Shown here one piece after another: positions 19,229 through 27,674 of a stretch of DNA of 64,000 nucleotides. The stretch is taken from positions 196 through 64,195 of the forward strand of contig JASEEX010000004.1 in NCBI GenBank assembly GCA_030019415.1. The letters are read 5' to 3'. The position numbers were made by a program, and so were the translations under genes. The DNA comes from Thermodesulfovibrionales bacterium (GTDB lineage: Bacteria > Nitrospirota > Thermodesulfovibrionia > Thermodesulfovibrionales > SM23-35). The notes under the pieces were generated by a model. That model was not told where the DNA came from and did not search any database. It saw only the letters and a list, made by a program, of their open reading frames with translations. The first letter of the stretch is position 1. Every line of letters starts with the position of its first letter.

Positions 19229-21793
19229 TTATATCTTCCCTTTAATATGCTCTTTGACGAAGTCTTCTATATACATGTCAGTAATGGCATCATTGTACAT
19301 GACCATGTCCAGTTGTTTAGTATAGGCTGTCAGCTTGCCCAACACCTCTAACCGTTTTTCAATCGCAGGTTTCTTATATTTAGTTATACTGGCATCTATG
19401 AGGTCTTCAACCACTTTTACATTGAAGTCCAGCCGTTTGAGTATTTCCGATACCAGTCTAACCCTCCTGAATCTCCTATCCCTTCCGGCCCCTCCACCTT
19501 TAAAGAAAAACCTTAAATAATTGTCATTTATGCTTTCTCCTGCATATGCCTCAACTGTGGAGAGATGATAGCCGAGTCTTATGGAGAAATTCATATATTC
19601 TCTTGTGATAAAGGAGAAACTCCTATCGCCAATTCTGTAGAGTTCTCCCTCAGGGATGGTTGCGGTATGGGCTACCATGCTCATGAAGCCTTTGATATCA
19701 AAAGGTCTCGGTTCAGGCCATTTCATGGAGGTAAGGCCGTTGCAAAAGGCGTTAAACGGAATAGAGTAAATATATTCAGGGGTAAGCTTTTTAGGAGCAC
19801 CTTTAATACCCCCACCTAAATCGATGAGATATACTTCCATGGGGATAGGGGCTACAAGTCTCGGGGAGTCACTAACCTCAACCTCCTGAGAGGGTATCTC
19901 CGTAATTGTGAACATTTCGCGCATTGCCATTTCATGGCAGAAGCGAGTTATATCATGTAAAGTCTCGCAGAATTCGGGTTTGAATCCCACGTCTTCGGGG
20001 TCAACTAAATTCAAGGGTACAACCCATTTTAAAACTCCCTCAAGTGTCTTAAAGAGTTGTGTGCCCTTAAGGGGGTCTTCCTTTATTTCTGCAAATTCTT
20101 CCAGTTCCTTTACATGTCCTTCATAGATATTGCAATTTATTGCATCTACTGTTATCTCCTGTCTATCTTTAAGGATCTCTGTAGCAATTTCTGTATCGAG
20201 AATGGTGGGAACCTGAAATTCCCTGGCCAATGATGCCATATGACCTGCAGTCCCTCCAACATCTGTGATAATTGCGCTTGCCTTGTTCATAACAGTGACA
20301 TACTTTGCAGAGGTGTGTTTTGCCACAAGCACAGCACCTTCAGGGAAGTTCTCCAGATCCTCCTCTGTCCTGACAATATAAGCCTTCCCAAAGCCTATTC
20401 CTTTGCAAGCAATTATACCTTTGTCGATCAGTATGTTGTATCCAGCGACATGAATAGGAACCGGCCTAGTTGGTTCTCTTGTAAGGATCATCAGTGGCCT
20501 GGTCTGAAGTATATAAGGCCTGCCACCTTTATCTATTGCCCATTCAATATCTTGAGGGGACTCATAATGATTTTCGATAGCTATAGCGTATTCAGCGAGA
20601 GTTTTGATCTCTTCTTCACTCAGTGAGGGCTTTCCTTTCATTTCAACAGGTAAAGAGACTTCCTCTATCTCCCCATCAGCTCTACATACAAACATGGCCT
20701 TCTGCTCCGGGATGTTTCTTTCAATTATTTCTAAATTATCTCTTGATAAAACATAGGCTTCCGGGGTTACCACTCCTTCGACCACGCTTTTACCGAGACC
20801 CCGGGCTGCGCTGATGATAAGGGTATCTTCCTTTGGCCTGTTTGGGTCTCTTGAATACATTACCCCCGCTGCCTTTGCATCAATCATTTCAAGGACGCCT
20901 ACAGACATGACCATATCATGTTCATGTAGGCCCTTTGTCTTGTAATAAAATATTGCCCTCGGCGTAAAAAGGCTTGCTATAACCTCTTTGTATCTCTGGA
21001 GGATCAGGTCAGAAGTTACATTAAGAAATGTAGCGTATTGCCCTGCAAAGCTAAACTCCCCATCCTCCTGGAGGGCACTGCTCCTTACAGAGACCATTAC
21101 CTTCTTACCATATTTATCGCAGAGCCTTGAATAGGCATACATTATCTCCCTTTCAAGTTCCTGGTGAATCTCGGCCTTCATGACCAGATCCTGAATCTCG
21201 AAGCTTTTATTATTCAACACTTCAAGGTTGTCTAACCGAAGCTCAAATAGTGTCCTACGTATCCTTTCAAAAATCTTATTGTGCTCCATGAACCTTTTAA
21301 AGGCAAAAGCGCTTATAGCAAAGCCCTCAGGTGTGGGTATCCTGAGATGATTCCTTACTTCTCCGAGGTTGGCATTTTTATTTCCCAAGCTGTCTACAAT
21401 CTCTTTGGTGATTTTATCAAAGGGTATGGTATAACTGCTGAGAGGGATCTCCCTCCTTCTGGTTAGAAGTTTCTCTATGTTTGAAACAACGCCAAGGAAT
21501 CTTTCATGCAAGGCGAAAAATTTATTGTTTGAGATTTCATTCAGTCTATCTATAATGATTTTGACTCCTTCGGCAATTTCCGAGATTTTCTGGTTTATGT
21601 AGTGCCTGTCAAAGAAAAACTCTCCTGATAGCTTTTCCTCCATATCTGCCATTAGTTCAAGGACGGTATTGTTGTTTGAAAGTAATTCCTGGTAAAGCTG
21701 GTATCTCTTTTTGAGGAGCTCCCTTTTGTCCTCTTTCTGTTCCTTAACTGTTGTGTTTTTTTTCTTCCCCAAGAATTTCGGAAGGTATTTCAT
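19229..21793 (-). CDS. PEP-utilizer-like phosphotransferase, paralogue 2 (same architecture)
   Basis: Colinear with 16603-19161 at a constant offset of 2629 nt. The swivel motif is GGTAGHMASLAREFQVPT. The conserved C-terminal block is REYMNFSIRLGYHLS..EAY.GE.INDNY.RFFFKGGGA. Confidence 0.75.
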   Translation of the reverse strand: MKYLPKFLGKKKNTTVKEQKEDKRELLKKRYQLYQELLSNNNTVLELMADMEEKLSGEFFFDRHYINQKISEIAEGVKIIIDRLNEISNNKFFALHERFLGVVSNIEKLLTRRREIPLSSYTIPFDKITKEIVDSLGNKNANLGEVRNHLRIPTPEGFAISAFAFKRFMEHNKIFERIRRTLFELRLDNLEVLNNKSFEIQDLVMKAEIHQELEREIMYAYSRLCDKYGKKVMVSVRSSALQEDGEFSFAGQYATFLNVTSDLILQRYKEVIASLFTPRAIFYYKTKGLHEHDMVMSVGVLEMIDAKAAGVMYSRDPNRPKEDTLIISAARGLGKSVVEGVVTPEAYVLSRDNLEIIERNIPEQKAMFVCRADGEIEEVSLPVEMKGKPSLSEEEIKTLAEYAIAIENHYESPQDIEWAIDKGGRPYILQTRPLMILTREPTRPVPIHVAGYNILIDKGIIACKGIGFGKAYIVRTEEDLENFPEGAVLVAKHTSAKYVTVMNKASAIITDVGGTAGHMASLAREFQVPTILDTEIATEILKDRQEITVDAINCNIYEGHVKELEEFAEIKEDPLKGTQLFKTLEGVLKWVVPLNLVDPEDVGFKPEFCETLHDITRFCHEMAMREMFTITEIPSQEVEVSDSPRLVAPIPMEVYLIDLGGGIKGAPKKLTPEYIYSIPFNAFCNGLTSMKWPEPRPFDIKGFMSMVAHTATIPEGELYRIGDRSFSFITREYMNFSIRLGYHLSTVEAYAGESINDNYLRFFFKGGGAGRDRRFRRVRLVSEILKRLDFNVKVVEDLIDASITKYKKPAIEKRLEVLGKLTAYTKQLDMVMYNDAITDMYIEDFVKEHIKGKI

Positions 21794-21912
21794 CGTTTAC
21801 GTTCCAAAAGAGTGTATTTTAAAAACATCTAAAGTCTTAATAAGTTTCCTTTTACAATATTAACATTTTTTGTATCTTTGTATCACTGTAAGGAAGCATT
21901 TCCAATTCCGTG

Positions 21913-22073
21913 ATGAATAAAGGGACATTTAACAGCTAAAGGTCTTTAAATTGTCATTGCGAGGAGTCCCGAAGGCATTCGGGACGACGAACAATCTAAA
22001 AATCATACAAAAACAAAGAGATTGCTTCACCCGCCCTGGGCGGACTCGCAATGACACTTAGATCCTTTATTCA
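21913..22073. repeat. Nested palindromic element (TGTCATTGCGAG type)
   Basis: tgtcattgcgag (21952-21963) pairs with ctcgcaatgaca (22045-22056). The outer pair is tgaataaagg/cctttattca. Inner hairpins are gtcccgaaggcattcgggac and ccgccctgggcgg. Confidence 0.55.
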
Positions 22074-22108
22074 TTAAATTCATTTATAAATTTATAAAAA
22101 AATAATTC

Positions 22109-22137
22109 TTGACAAGATAGAATTCAACCATTAGAAT
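22109..22137 (+). promoter_or_regulatory. Putative sigma70-type promoter of the gntR-led cluster
   Basis: TTGACA (22109-22114), a 17-nt spacer, then TAGAAT (22132-22137). Confidence 0.4.
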
Positions 22138-22152
22138 TTTCTCCGTTTATTA

Positions 22153-22199
22153 GTTATAATGATATAACATTTTTTAAAAATTATTCATAATGATATAAC
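22153..22199. promoter_or_regulatory. Two operator-like sites sharing ATAATGATATAAC, 31 bp apart
   Basis: gttataatgatataac (22153-22168) is a perfect 6-4-6 palindrome, and ttcataatgatataac (22184-22199) is a half-degenerate copy. Both lie between the promoter and the gntR ATG. Confidence 0.4.
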
Positions 22200-22207
22200 T
22201 TTTTGAT

Positions 22208-22969
22208 ATGGAAGAATTAATTCGTAGAGAAAATTACCAAAAGCTTTATGTACAGCTCTGCGAAATAATGAAGAGAAAGATAGAAAATAAGGAATGGGAT
22301 GTGGGTTTTCAAATACCAACGGAGGAAGAGCTTTGTAAAATCTATGGTGTTAGCAGGGCAACTGTGAGGACTGCCATCTCAGAACTTGTTAGAGAAGGTT
22401 ATCTCACCCGCCAGCAAGGTAAAGGGACCTTTGTTAAGAAGCAGATGTCCGACGAACTTATTATGTCAACAAGTTTTCGTGAGCTTATGCTTGAGCAAGG
22501 GATTTCCTTCTCAACCGAGGTTCTTGCCCACACAACAATGATGCCTATGGACAATTTGATTACCTTGCTTGATTGTCCAGCAGATAAACATGTTATTTAT
22601 ATAAAAAGGACAACTATTGTTGAGGGCAGGCCTATTATGGTTCAGGAAATATATATACCCTTTCACATATGTCCACCACTGTTGGAAGAAGATATTGTTA
22701 ATAATTCTCTTTTTGGGCTCTTTAAGAAACATAAGGTAGATATTACACGGATAAGAAACTATTTTGGTATTACCTATCTCAGCCCTGAGGAAGCTCAAGT
22801 TTTTAGTTTGGCTGAAGGTTCATCCACCTTATTATTAAATCAGCTTTTCTTCTCAGGAGAAACGCCAGTAATGTATACACGTTCAATTAAAAGGTCTGAT
22901 AGTTTTGGGTTCTCAATAGAGTTCAAAAAAAGTTCTATCAATGAGAGGAGGTATTATGTCAAACGATGA
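22208..22969 (+). CDS. GntR-family transcriptional regulator (HutC-like, UTRA effector domain)
   Basis: The wHTH is IPTEEELCKIYGVSRATVRTAISELVREGYL.RQQGKGTFV. The C-terminal ~150 aa are UTRA-like. Confidence 0.85.
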   Translation: MEELIRRENYQKLYVQLCEIMKRKIENKEWDVGFQIPTEEELCKIYGVSRATVRTAISELVREGYLTRQQGKGTFVKKQMSDELIMSTSFRELMLEQGISFSTEVLAHTTMMPMDNLITLLDCPADKHVIYIKRTTIVEGRPIMVQEIYIPFHICPPLLEEDIVNNSLFGLFKKHKVDITRIRNYFGITYLSPEEAQVFSLAEGSSTLLLNQLFFSGETPVMYTRSIKRSDSFGFSIEFKKSSINERRYYVKR

Positions 22970-23019
22970 GACTTTTAAAAAACGAGACTAAATAAAGTAC
23001 GAATTAAAGGAGGTTTTCT

Positions 23020-23541
23020 ATGCAGAGTGATAAAAAAATAAAAGATGTGATGATAGGTATCTTTGAGTATCCTCACATACCCTACTGGTTTTCCATTGAC
23101 CAGGCCATACGGATTATCAAGGTCTCATTTATCAGCGCTAAAAAATATCCTGAACCTCTGGCGATACTGGTATTTGACGAAAAGTATAACCTTCTCGGCA
23201 CATTGACCCTGAAGGATATTCTGAGGGGGCTTGAACCGAGATTTATGAGACCGACAGAAAAAGCACAGCCCTATTTAGAAGAAGAGAAGGAACTCTCTGT
23301 TATCTGGGATACCCTTTTTGCCAAGGAATCAAGAGAGCTGGCAAAGAAGTCTGTGAGCGAGATCATGGCTCCTACTAAGGTCTTTGTTGAACCTGATGAC
23401 CCTATTGCTAAAGCAGCATATCTGATGATTCACCACGATCTGGTTTTATTGCCTGTCTCAGAGGAAAAAAAGAAGTTTGTTGGTCTCGTAAGGATGACGG
23501 AGGTATTTGATGAACTGTCCAACGCAATTTTGAAGGAATAA
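23020..23541 (+). CDS. CBS-domain pair protein
   Basis: Two CBS-like repeats (IKDVM...LLGTLTLKDILRGL and VSEIMAP...FVGLVRMTEVF). Confidence 0.75.
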   Translation: MQSDKKIKDVMIGIFEYPHIPYWFSIDQAIRIIKVSFISAKKYPEPLAILVFDEKYNLLGTLTLKDILRGLEPRFMRPTEKAQPYLEEEKELSVIWDTLFAKESRELAKKSVSEIMAPTKVFVEPDDPIAKAAYLMIHHDLVLLPVSEEKKKFVGLVRMTEVFDELSNAILKE

Positions 23542-23556
23542 AGGGAGGTAGATAGG

Positions 23557-25080
23557 ATGGAAGAAAAAAAGGATGAAAAGATTATAGCACCTGGGTTACC
23601 ACCACCGCCAGAGGAGATAGTAGTTGCAGTTCCGAAAGTCAAGATTGACTGGAAGAGGATATTCTTCATCTTATTGGGTTTAAGCCTTTTTTTTGTTATT
23701 TATTACAGTCCTCCATGGCCTGATGCAGTCGACCCCCTGGGAAAGCATTTTCCTTTACCCAAAGAGGGAAAAGCAGCTATAGCATTGTTCCTCATGGCAG
23801 GCATTTGGTGGGTATTTGAGGTTATCCCAATTGGAGCTACAGCTATTGCTATTGGTCTGTTTCAGGCATTATTTGCTATTCGGCCTGCAAAAGAGGCATT
23901 CAAAGACTTCTTCGACCCTTCTGTCTGGTTTATCTTCAGCTCGGTAGTGATCGGTCTGGCATTTACAAAGACAGGGCTCACAAAGCGTCTCGCTGTCAAA
24001 ATGCTTGGAATTGTAGGAGAAAAAACAAGCATGATCTTGTTAGGGTCATTAATTGTTGTTGCAGGACTTGCCCTCGTCATGGCCCACACCGCTGCAGCAG
24101 CCACTGTTTTCCCTATACTCCTTGCTGTCTATGCCCTGTATGGAGAAGGAGAGAAAAAGTCAAAGTTCGGTAAAGCCCTTTTTATTGGTATGGCATATGC
24201 AGCAGGTGCTGGAAGCATTATCACATATTTAGGTGCGGCCCGTGGACCTGCAGCAGCAGGTATGTTCAAGGAATTCACAGGAAGGGAAATGGGATTCTTC
24301 CAGCTTCCCCTGTATATGTTTCCGATAGCAGCCATCATGATCTTAGCAATATGGGTTTGTTTAATGATATTCTTAAGACCAGAGAAAAAGACTATCCCTG
24401 GTCTCAAAGAAAAGGTAAAGGAGCTTGCAAAAGAAATAGGGCCTATGACCGGACCCGAAAAGTTTGTTATTGTTACTGTTTTACTCGTTGTCACCCTCAT
24501 GGGATTACAGGCCTTTGTCCCTGCCTTAAAGACAATAGACAGGGCTGCAATTATGTTGACCGGAACACTTATCTTCTTTCTGTTCAGGATATTGACAATT
24601 AAGGAACTGGAAGATATGCCATGGAACATTATCCTTCTCTTCGGAGGAGCAATAAGTATCGGTTTTTGCCTCTGGAAATCAGGAGGAGCACAGTGGCTTG
24701 CAATAGAGTGGCTTGCTATGTTTAAACAAGCACACTGGCTTATGTTTGTATTGAGTGTTGCATTTTTTGTCCTTGTAACGACTAATTTCATCATGAACGT
24801 TGCTGCGATTGCCCTTTCATTGCCCATTTCTCTTGTTATTGCAAGTTATATGGGTGTTGCTTCCGAAGTAATAGTCTATGCATCACTTGTTACAGCCGGG
24901 ATGCCATTCTTGCTTGTGATTGGAGCAGCTCCGAATGCTATTGCCTATGGCTCAGGGCAATTCAGTACAGGGGAATTTTTCAAATATGGCATAATTCCGT
25001 CTATTATTTTGATGTTTGTTCTTGGAGCAGCAATCTATTTCCTCTGGCCAATTTTGGAAATGCCGGTTTTGATTAAGTAG
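23557..25080 (+). CDS. SLC13/DASS-family anion permease
   Basis: A 507-aa polytopic protein with duplicated hairpin-type segments (AIALFLMAGIWWVFEVIP..., GAAPNAIAY) typical of DASS/ArsB-NhaD superfamily permeases. Confidence 0.75.
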   Translation: MEEKKDEKIIAPGLPPPPEEIVVAVPKVKIDWKRIFFILLGLSLFFVIYYSPPWPDAVDPLGKHFPLPKEGKAAIALFLMAGIWWVFEVIPIGATAIAIGLFQALFAIRPAKEAFKDFFDPSVWFIFSSVVIGLAFTKTGLTKRLAVKMLGIVGEKTSMILLGSLIVVAGLALVMAHTAAAATVFPILLAVYALYGEGEKKSKFGKALFIGMAYAAGAGSIITYLGAARGPAAAGMFKEFTGREMGFFQLPLYMFPIAAIMILAIWVCLMIFLRPEKKTIPGLKEKVKELAKEIGPMTGPEKFVIVTVLLVVTLMGLQAFVPALKTIDRAAIMLTGTLIFFLFRILTIKELEDMPWNIILLFGGAISIGFCLWKSGGAQWLAIEWLAMFKQAHWLMFVLSVAFFVLVTTNFIMNVAAIALSLPISLVIASYMGVASEVIVYASLVTAGMPFLLVIGAAPNAIAYGSGQFSTGEFFKYGIIPSIILMFVLGAAIYFLWPILEMPVLIK

Positions 25081-25107
25081 TGTCAGTGTTTAGTGTTAGT
25101 GTCAGTG
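25080..25107. repeat. Left inverted arm of the four-helix-bundle cassette
   Basis: gtgtcagtgtttagtgt (25080-25096) is the perfect reverse complement of 25481-25497. It starts at the last base of the permease stop codon. Confidence 0.8.
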
Positions 25108-25122
25108 AGAGGAGGATGAAAA

Positions 25123-25494
25123 GTGGATAAGATAAGCAGTGTGGAAGAGCTCAAGGTTTTTAAAAGGAGCCATGAGTTTACTTTAAATATTTACAGGATT
25201 ACTAAACAGTCCCCACAAGCCGAAAAGTTTGGCCTTGTAGCACAGATGAGAAGAGCAGCAGCTTCTATTGGTACGAATTTATTGGAAGGCAGTCATAGAT
25301 TAAGCAGAAAGGAATTTCGTCAGTTTGTTGGTATTTCTAAAGGTTCTGCAGGTGAATTGAAATATCACTTGCTGCTTGCAAAAGATCTGGGATATTTACC
25401 AGAAAGCGAATATTTTATCTTAAGAACAGGGGTTGATCAGATTAGCATGATGCTCAACGGCTTAGCTAAATCTTTAACTGACACTAAACACTGA
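25123..25494 (+). CDS. Four-helix-bundle protein (23S rRNA intervening-sequence protein family)
   Basis: F.LNIYRITK.....EKFGL..Q.RRAA.SI..N..EG........F..F..IS.GS..E...HL.LA.DLGY is the family pattern. A GTG start lies after GAGAGGAGG. Confidence 0.85.
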   Translation: MDKISSVEELKVFKRSHEFTLNIYRITKQSPQAEKFGLVAQMRRAAASIGTNLLEGSHRLSRKEFRQFVGISKGSAGELKYHLLLAKDLGYLPESEYFILRTGVDQISMMLNGLAKSLTDTKH

Positions 25495-25497
25495 CAC
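25478..25497. repeat. Right inverted arm of the four-helix-bundle cassette
   Basis: ctgacactaaacactgacac encodes the last residues (TDTKH*) of the ORF. Confidence 0.8.
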
Positions 25498-25512
25498 CAA
25501 AAAGGAATTATC

Positions 25513-26256
25513 ATGGCCTTTGAAGATGTCCTCTGCAAGTACTTCGACAGGGTTTATACCGAGGTCGATTTTGTTCAAAAAACATACAATGCTTTAAAAA
25601 AAATCGGCTTCACTGGTGATAATGCCATAGCCTCTGTTTGTGTCTGCAGGGATGAGATCTCACAATCCGTGCGGAGCATTATAAAACATATATGGGGAGA
25701 AGCGTTTAATCTTTCGAGCCTTGCAGGGATGTTCTTTGCTGGCAGAACTGCCCTCATGGCTGAAATGCATCATGCCCCTGTTGTGGAAGGCAAGGAACGT
25801 TATGTCTATTATGCCTTACCTCATACAGCAACCAGTCCCGAGGGCCAGATAGGAGTTTGTAAGCGGAAGGGCAGAGAAGGGGAATCTACCGCATGCGGTG
25901 CCCTGAGTGCCTTTCAGAAGGAGATGGCCACAATTAGTTCAAAGTTGAAAGTTGAAAGTTTAAAGTTAAATAACAAAATTGACAATGATGATATTGAAAT
26001 GAGCCTTATAAGAATGCGTTTGGTTAAGGAAATCCCATATGGTCATGTTCCAGACCTCCTTGAGTTAACAAAGATAGCACAGAAGGTTATCCAGGCAGAC
26101 CTCGAAAATGCACTAAAGGCTATTGTTGATACGAAGAAGTGTGATTATGCTGTCATGACAGGCATACAGATAAATGGACCTGACGGTAACTACATCGCCC
26201 CTGTATCGACTTATGGTGTTGTGAGTGGTGTTAGACAGGAGGTGAACTTAATTTAA
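25513..26256 (+). CDS. LCIB/LCIC-like protein (beta-carbonic-anhydrase fold), putative
   Basis: Ordered motifs SVCVCRDEI, WGEAFNLSSLAGMFFAGRT, MHHAP, YYALPHTA and GESTACGAL match my recollection of the LCIB family Cys-His-Cys zinc-site pattern. This has not been verified by a search. Confidence 0.5.
   Translation: MAFEDVLCKYFDRVYTEVDFVQKTYNALKKIGFTGDNAIASVCVCRDEISQSVRSIIKHIWGEAFNLSSLAGMFFAGRTALMAEMHHAPVVEGKERYVYYALPHTATSPEGQIGVCKRKGREGESTACGALSAFQKEMATISSKLKVESLKLNNKIDNDDIEMSLIRMRLVKEIPYGHVPDLLELTKIAQKVIQADLENALKAIVDTKKCDYAVMTGIQINGPDGNYIAPVSTYGVVSGVRQEVNLI
25936..25974. repeat. In-frame GTTGAAAGTT-type low-complexity insertion inside the LCIB-like ORF
   Basis: agttcaaagttgaaagttgaaagtttaaagttaaataac encodes SSKLKVESLKLNNK. 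The same repeat flavour occurs at 16033-16617 and 26256-26300. Confidence 0.55.
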
Positions 26257-26319
26257 AAGTTGAATTCCAAGGGTTTAAGGTTAAAAGGTTTTAACCATTA
26301 AATCAAAGAAAGGGATTAA

Positions 26320-26799
26320 ATGAGATATATCATTACATTTCTCCTACTTTTTTTGAACTGGGTAATATGGTCAGGCATGTTAGATGCCTTTCACCTCTCT
26401 TTGGGAGTTATTTCCTGTATTCTCGTAACCTATATGACCCATGATATTTTATTCAAACGTGAAAAGTTCTCCTCCAAACATATAGTAGAAGTAATCCGGT
26501 TTATTAAATATATACCTTGGCTTTTATACCAGATCTTTCTGTCTAATATTCATGTTGCCTCCCTGGTTCTGAATCCCAAGATGCCCATTAAACCTGAATT
26601 AATAAGATTCAAGACTAAACTAAAAAAGGATATTTCCTTGACAACTTTTGCCAACTCTATCACCCTCACCCCTGGTACCATAACCGCGGATATTATAGAA
26701 GGAGAATTCTATGTTCATGCCCTTAGCAAGAAGGTTGCAGACGATCTCCTGGCAGGTGAGATGGAAAATAGGGTAGCTCATATATTTATGGAGGATTAG
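26320..26799 (+). CDS. mrpE: Mrp/Mnh antiporter-type subunit E
   Basis: TM N-terminus with W..W.G.... and the TLTPGTITADI motif. Confidence 0.8.
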   Translation: MRYIITFLLLFLNWVIWSGMLDAFHLSLGVISCILVTYMTHDILFKREKFSSKHIVEVIRFIKYIPWLLYQIFLSNIHVASLVLNPKMPIKPELIRFKTKLKKDISLTTFANSITLTPGTITADIIEGEFYVHALSKKVADDLLAGEMENRVAHIFMED

Positions 26800-27105
26800 A
26801 TGGAAAATTTCTTTTTGGCAATCGGTCTGATTTTGGGTTTTCTGGTTTTGCTCTGTCTCTATCGTGGAATATTCGGACCAACGGTTTTGGACAGAATAAT
26901 AAGTATTAGTGTTATTGGCACCAAGACCACGATTATCTTAGCCCTCATGGGCTTTATCTATGGAAGAATGGATATGTTTGTGGATATCTCCATAGCATAT
27001 GCCTTATTAAATTTCATTGCGACCCTGGCTGCTGCAAAATTCTTTCGTACGAGGAAAAGCATAATTCCAGGGGCAAAATACTTTAAAGAGAGGGAAGTTA
27101 AATAA
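26800..27105 (+). CDS. mrpF: Mrp/Mnh subunit F
   Basis: GPTVLDRIISISVIGTKT and DISIAYALLNFI, with 3 TM helices. It abuts mrpE directly. Confidence 0.8.
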   Translation: MENFFLAIGLILGFLVLLCLYRGIFGPTVLDRIISISVIGTKTTIILALMGFIYGRMDMFVDISIAYALLNFIATLAAAKFFRTRKSIIPGAKYFKEREVK

Positions 27106-27432
27106 ATGTCTATTTTAGCCATAATTTTTATCTTGACAGGGGTTTTTTTCTTTACAACAGCAACTATAGGGCTTCTACGTTTTCCTGATTTTTATTGTAG
27201 GATGCAAGCTACTGGAAAAGGCGATACTCTTGGAGCACTTCTTTCACTTACAGGTTTGGCATTATACAACCTGCATCATGGATTTTCACTGCCAACAATA
27301 CTTGTGAGCATTAAGATAATGTTCATTGCTATTTTTATCTTTGTAGCAAACCCTACTTCTACCCATGCAATTACAAAGTCAGGGTTGGACTGCGGTGTTG
27401 AGCCTTTTACAAAGGAGGAGGTAATCAGATGA
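27106..27432 (+). CDS. mrpG: Mrp/Mnh subunit G
   Basis: GLLRFPDFYCRMQATGKGDTLGA is the MnhG signature. Confidence 0.85.
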   Translation: MSILAIIFILTGVFFFTTATIGLLRFPDFYCRMQATGKGDTLGALLSLTGLALYNLHHGFSLPTILVSIKIMFIAIFIFVANPTSTHAITKSGLDCGVEPFTKEEVIR

Positions 27433-27674
27433 TCTGGCAATTAGATATTATTATCCTCATCATCGTTGTTATCAGTGCTATAGCTGCTATAACTGTAAAG
27501 GATCTCTTGAGTTCAGCCATTCTCCTTGAGGCATATAGCTTCCTTATGTGCCTCCTCTGGACAGAAATGGGCGCAGTAGATGTTGCCTTTACCGAAGCTG
27601 CTGTGGGAGCTGGTATTAGTACAGCGTTCTTTATTGGTGCCATATATCAAACGACCAGGAGGACAAAGGATTGA
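27429..27674 (+). CDS. MrpB-N/MbhD-like small membrane subunit (DUF4040-like)
   Basis: An 81-aa, 3-TM protein with AVDVAFTEAAVGAGIST. Its start overlaps the mrpG stop by 4 nt. Confidence 0.65.
   Translation: MIWQLDIIILIIVVISAIAAITVKDLLSSAILLEAYSFLMCLLWTEMGAVDVAFTEAAVGAGISTAFFIGAIYQTTRRTKD

Noticed and set aside
21794-21912. Sigma-54 promoter upstream of the PEP-utilizer-like pair (ttggaaatgcttcc)
   Set aside because: The GG and GC elements are not at the required spacing (GG-N10-GC), and no enhancer-binding protein gene is nearby.
24129-24827. 232-aa minus-strand ORF
   Set aside because: It is antisense to the SLC13/DASS permease, has no recognisable motifs, and is a shadow of a hydrophobic gene.
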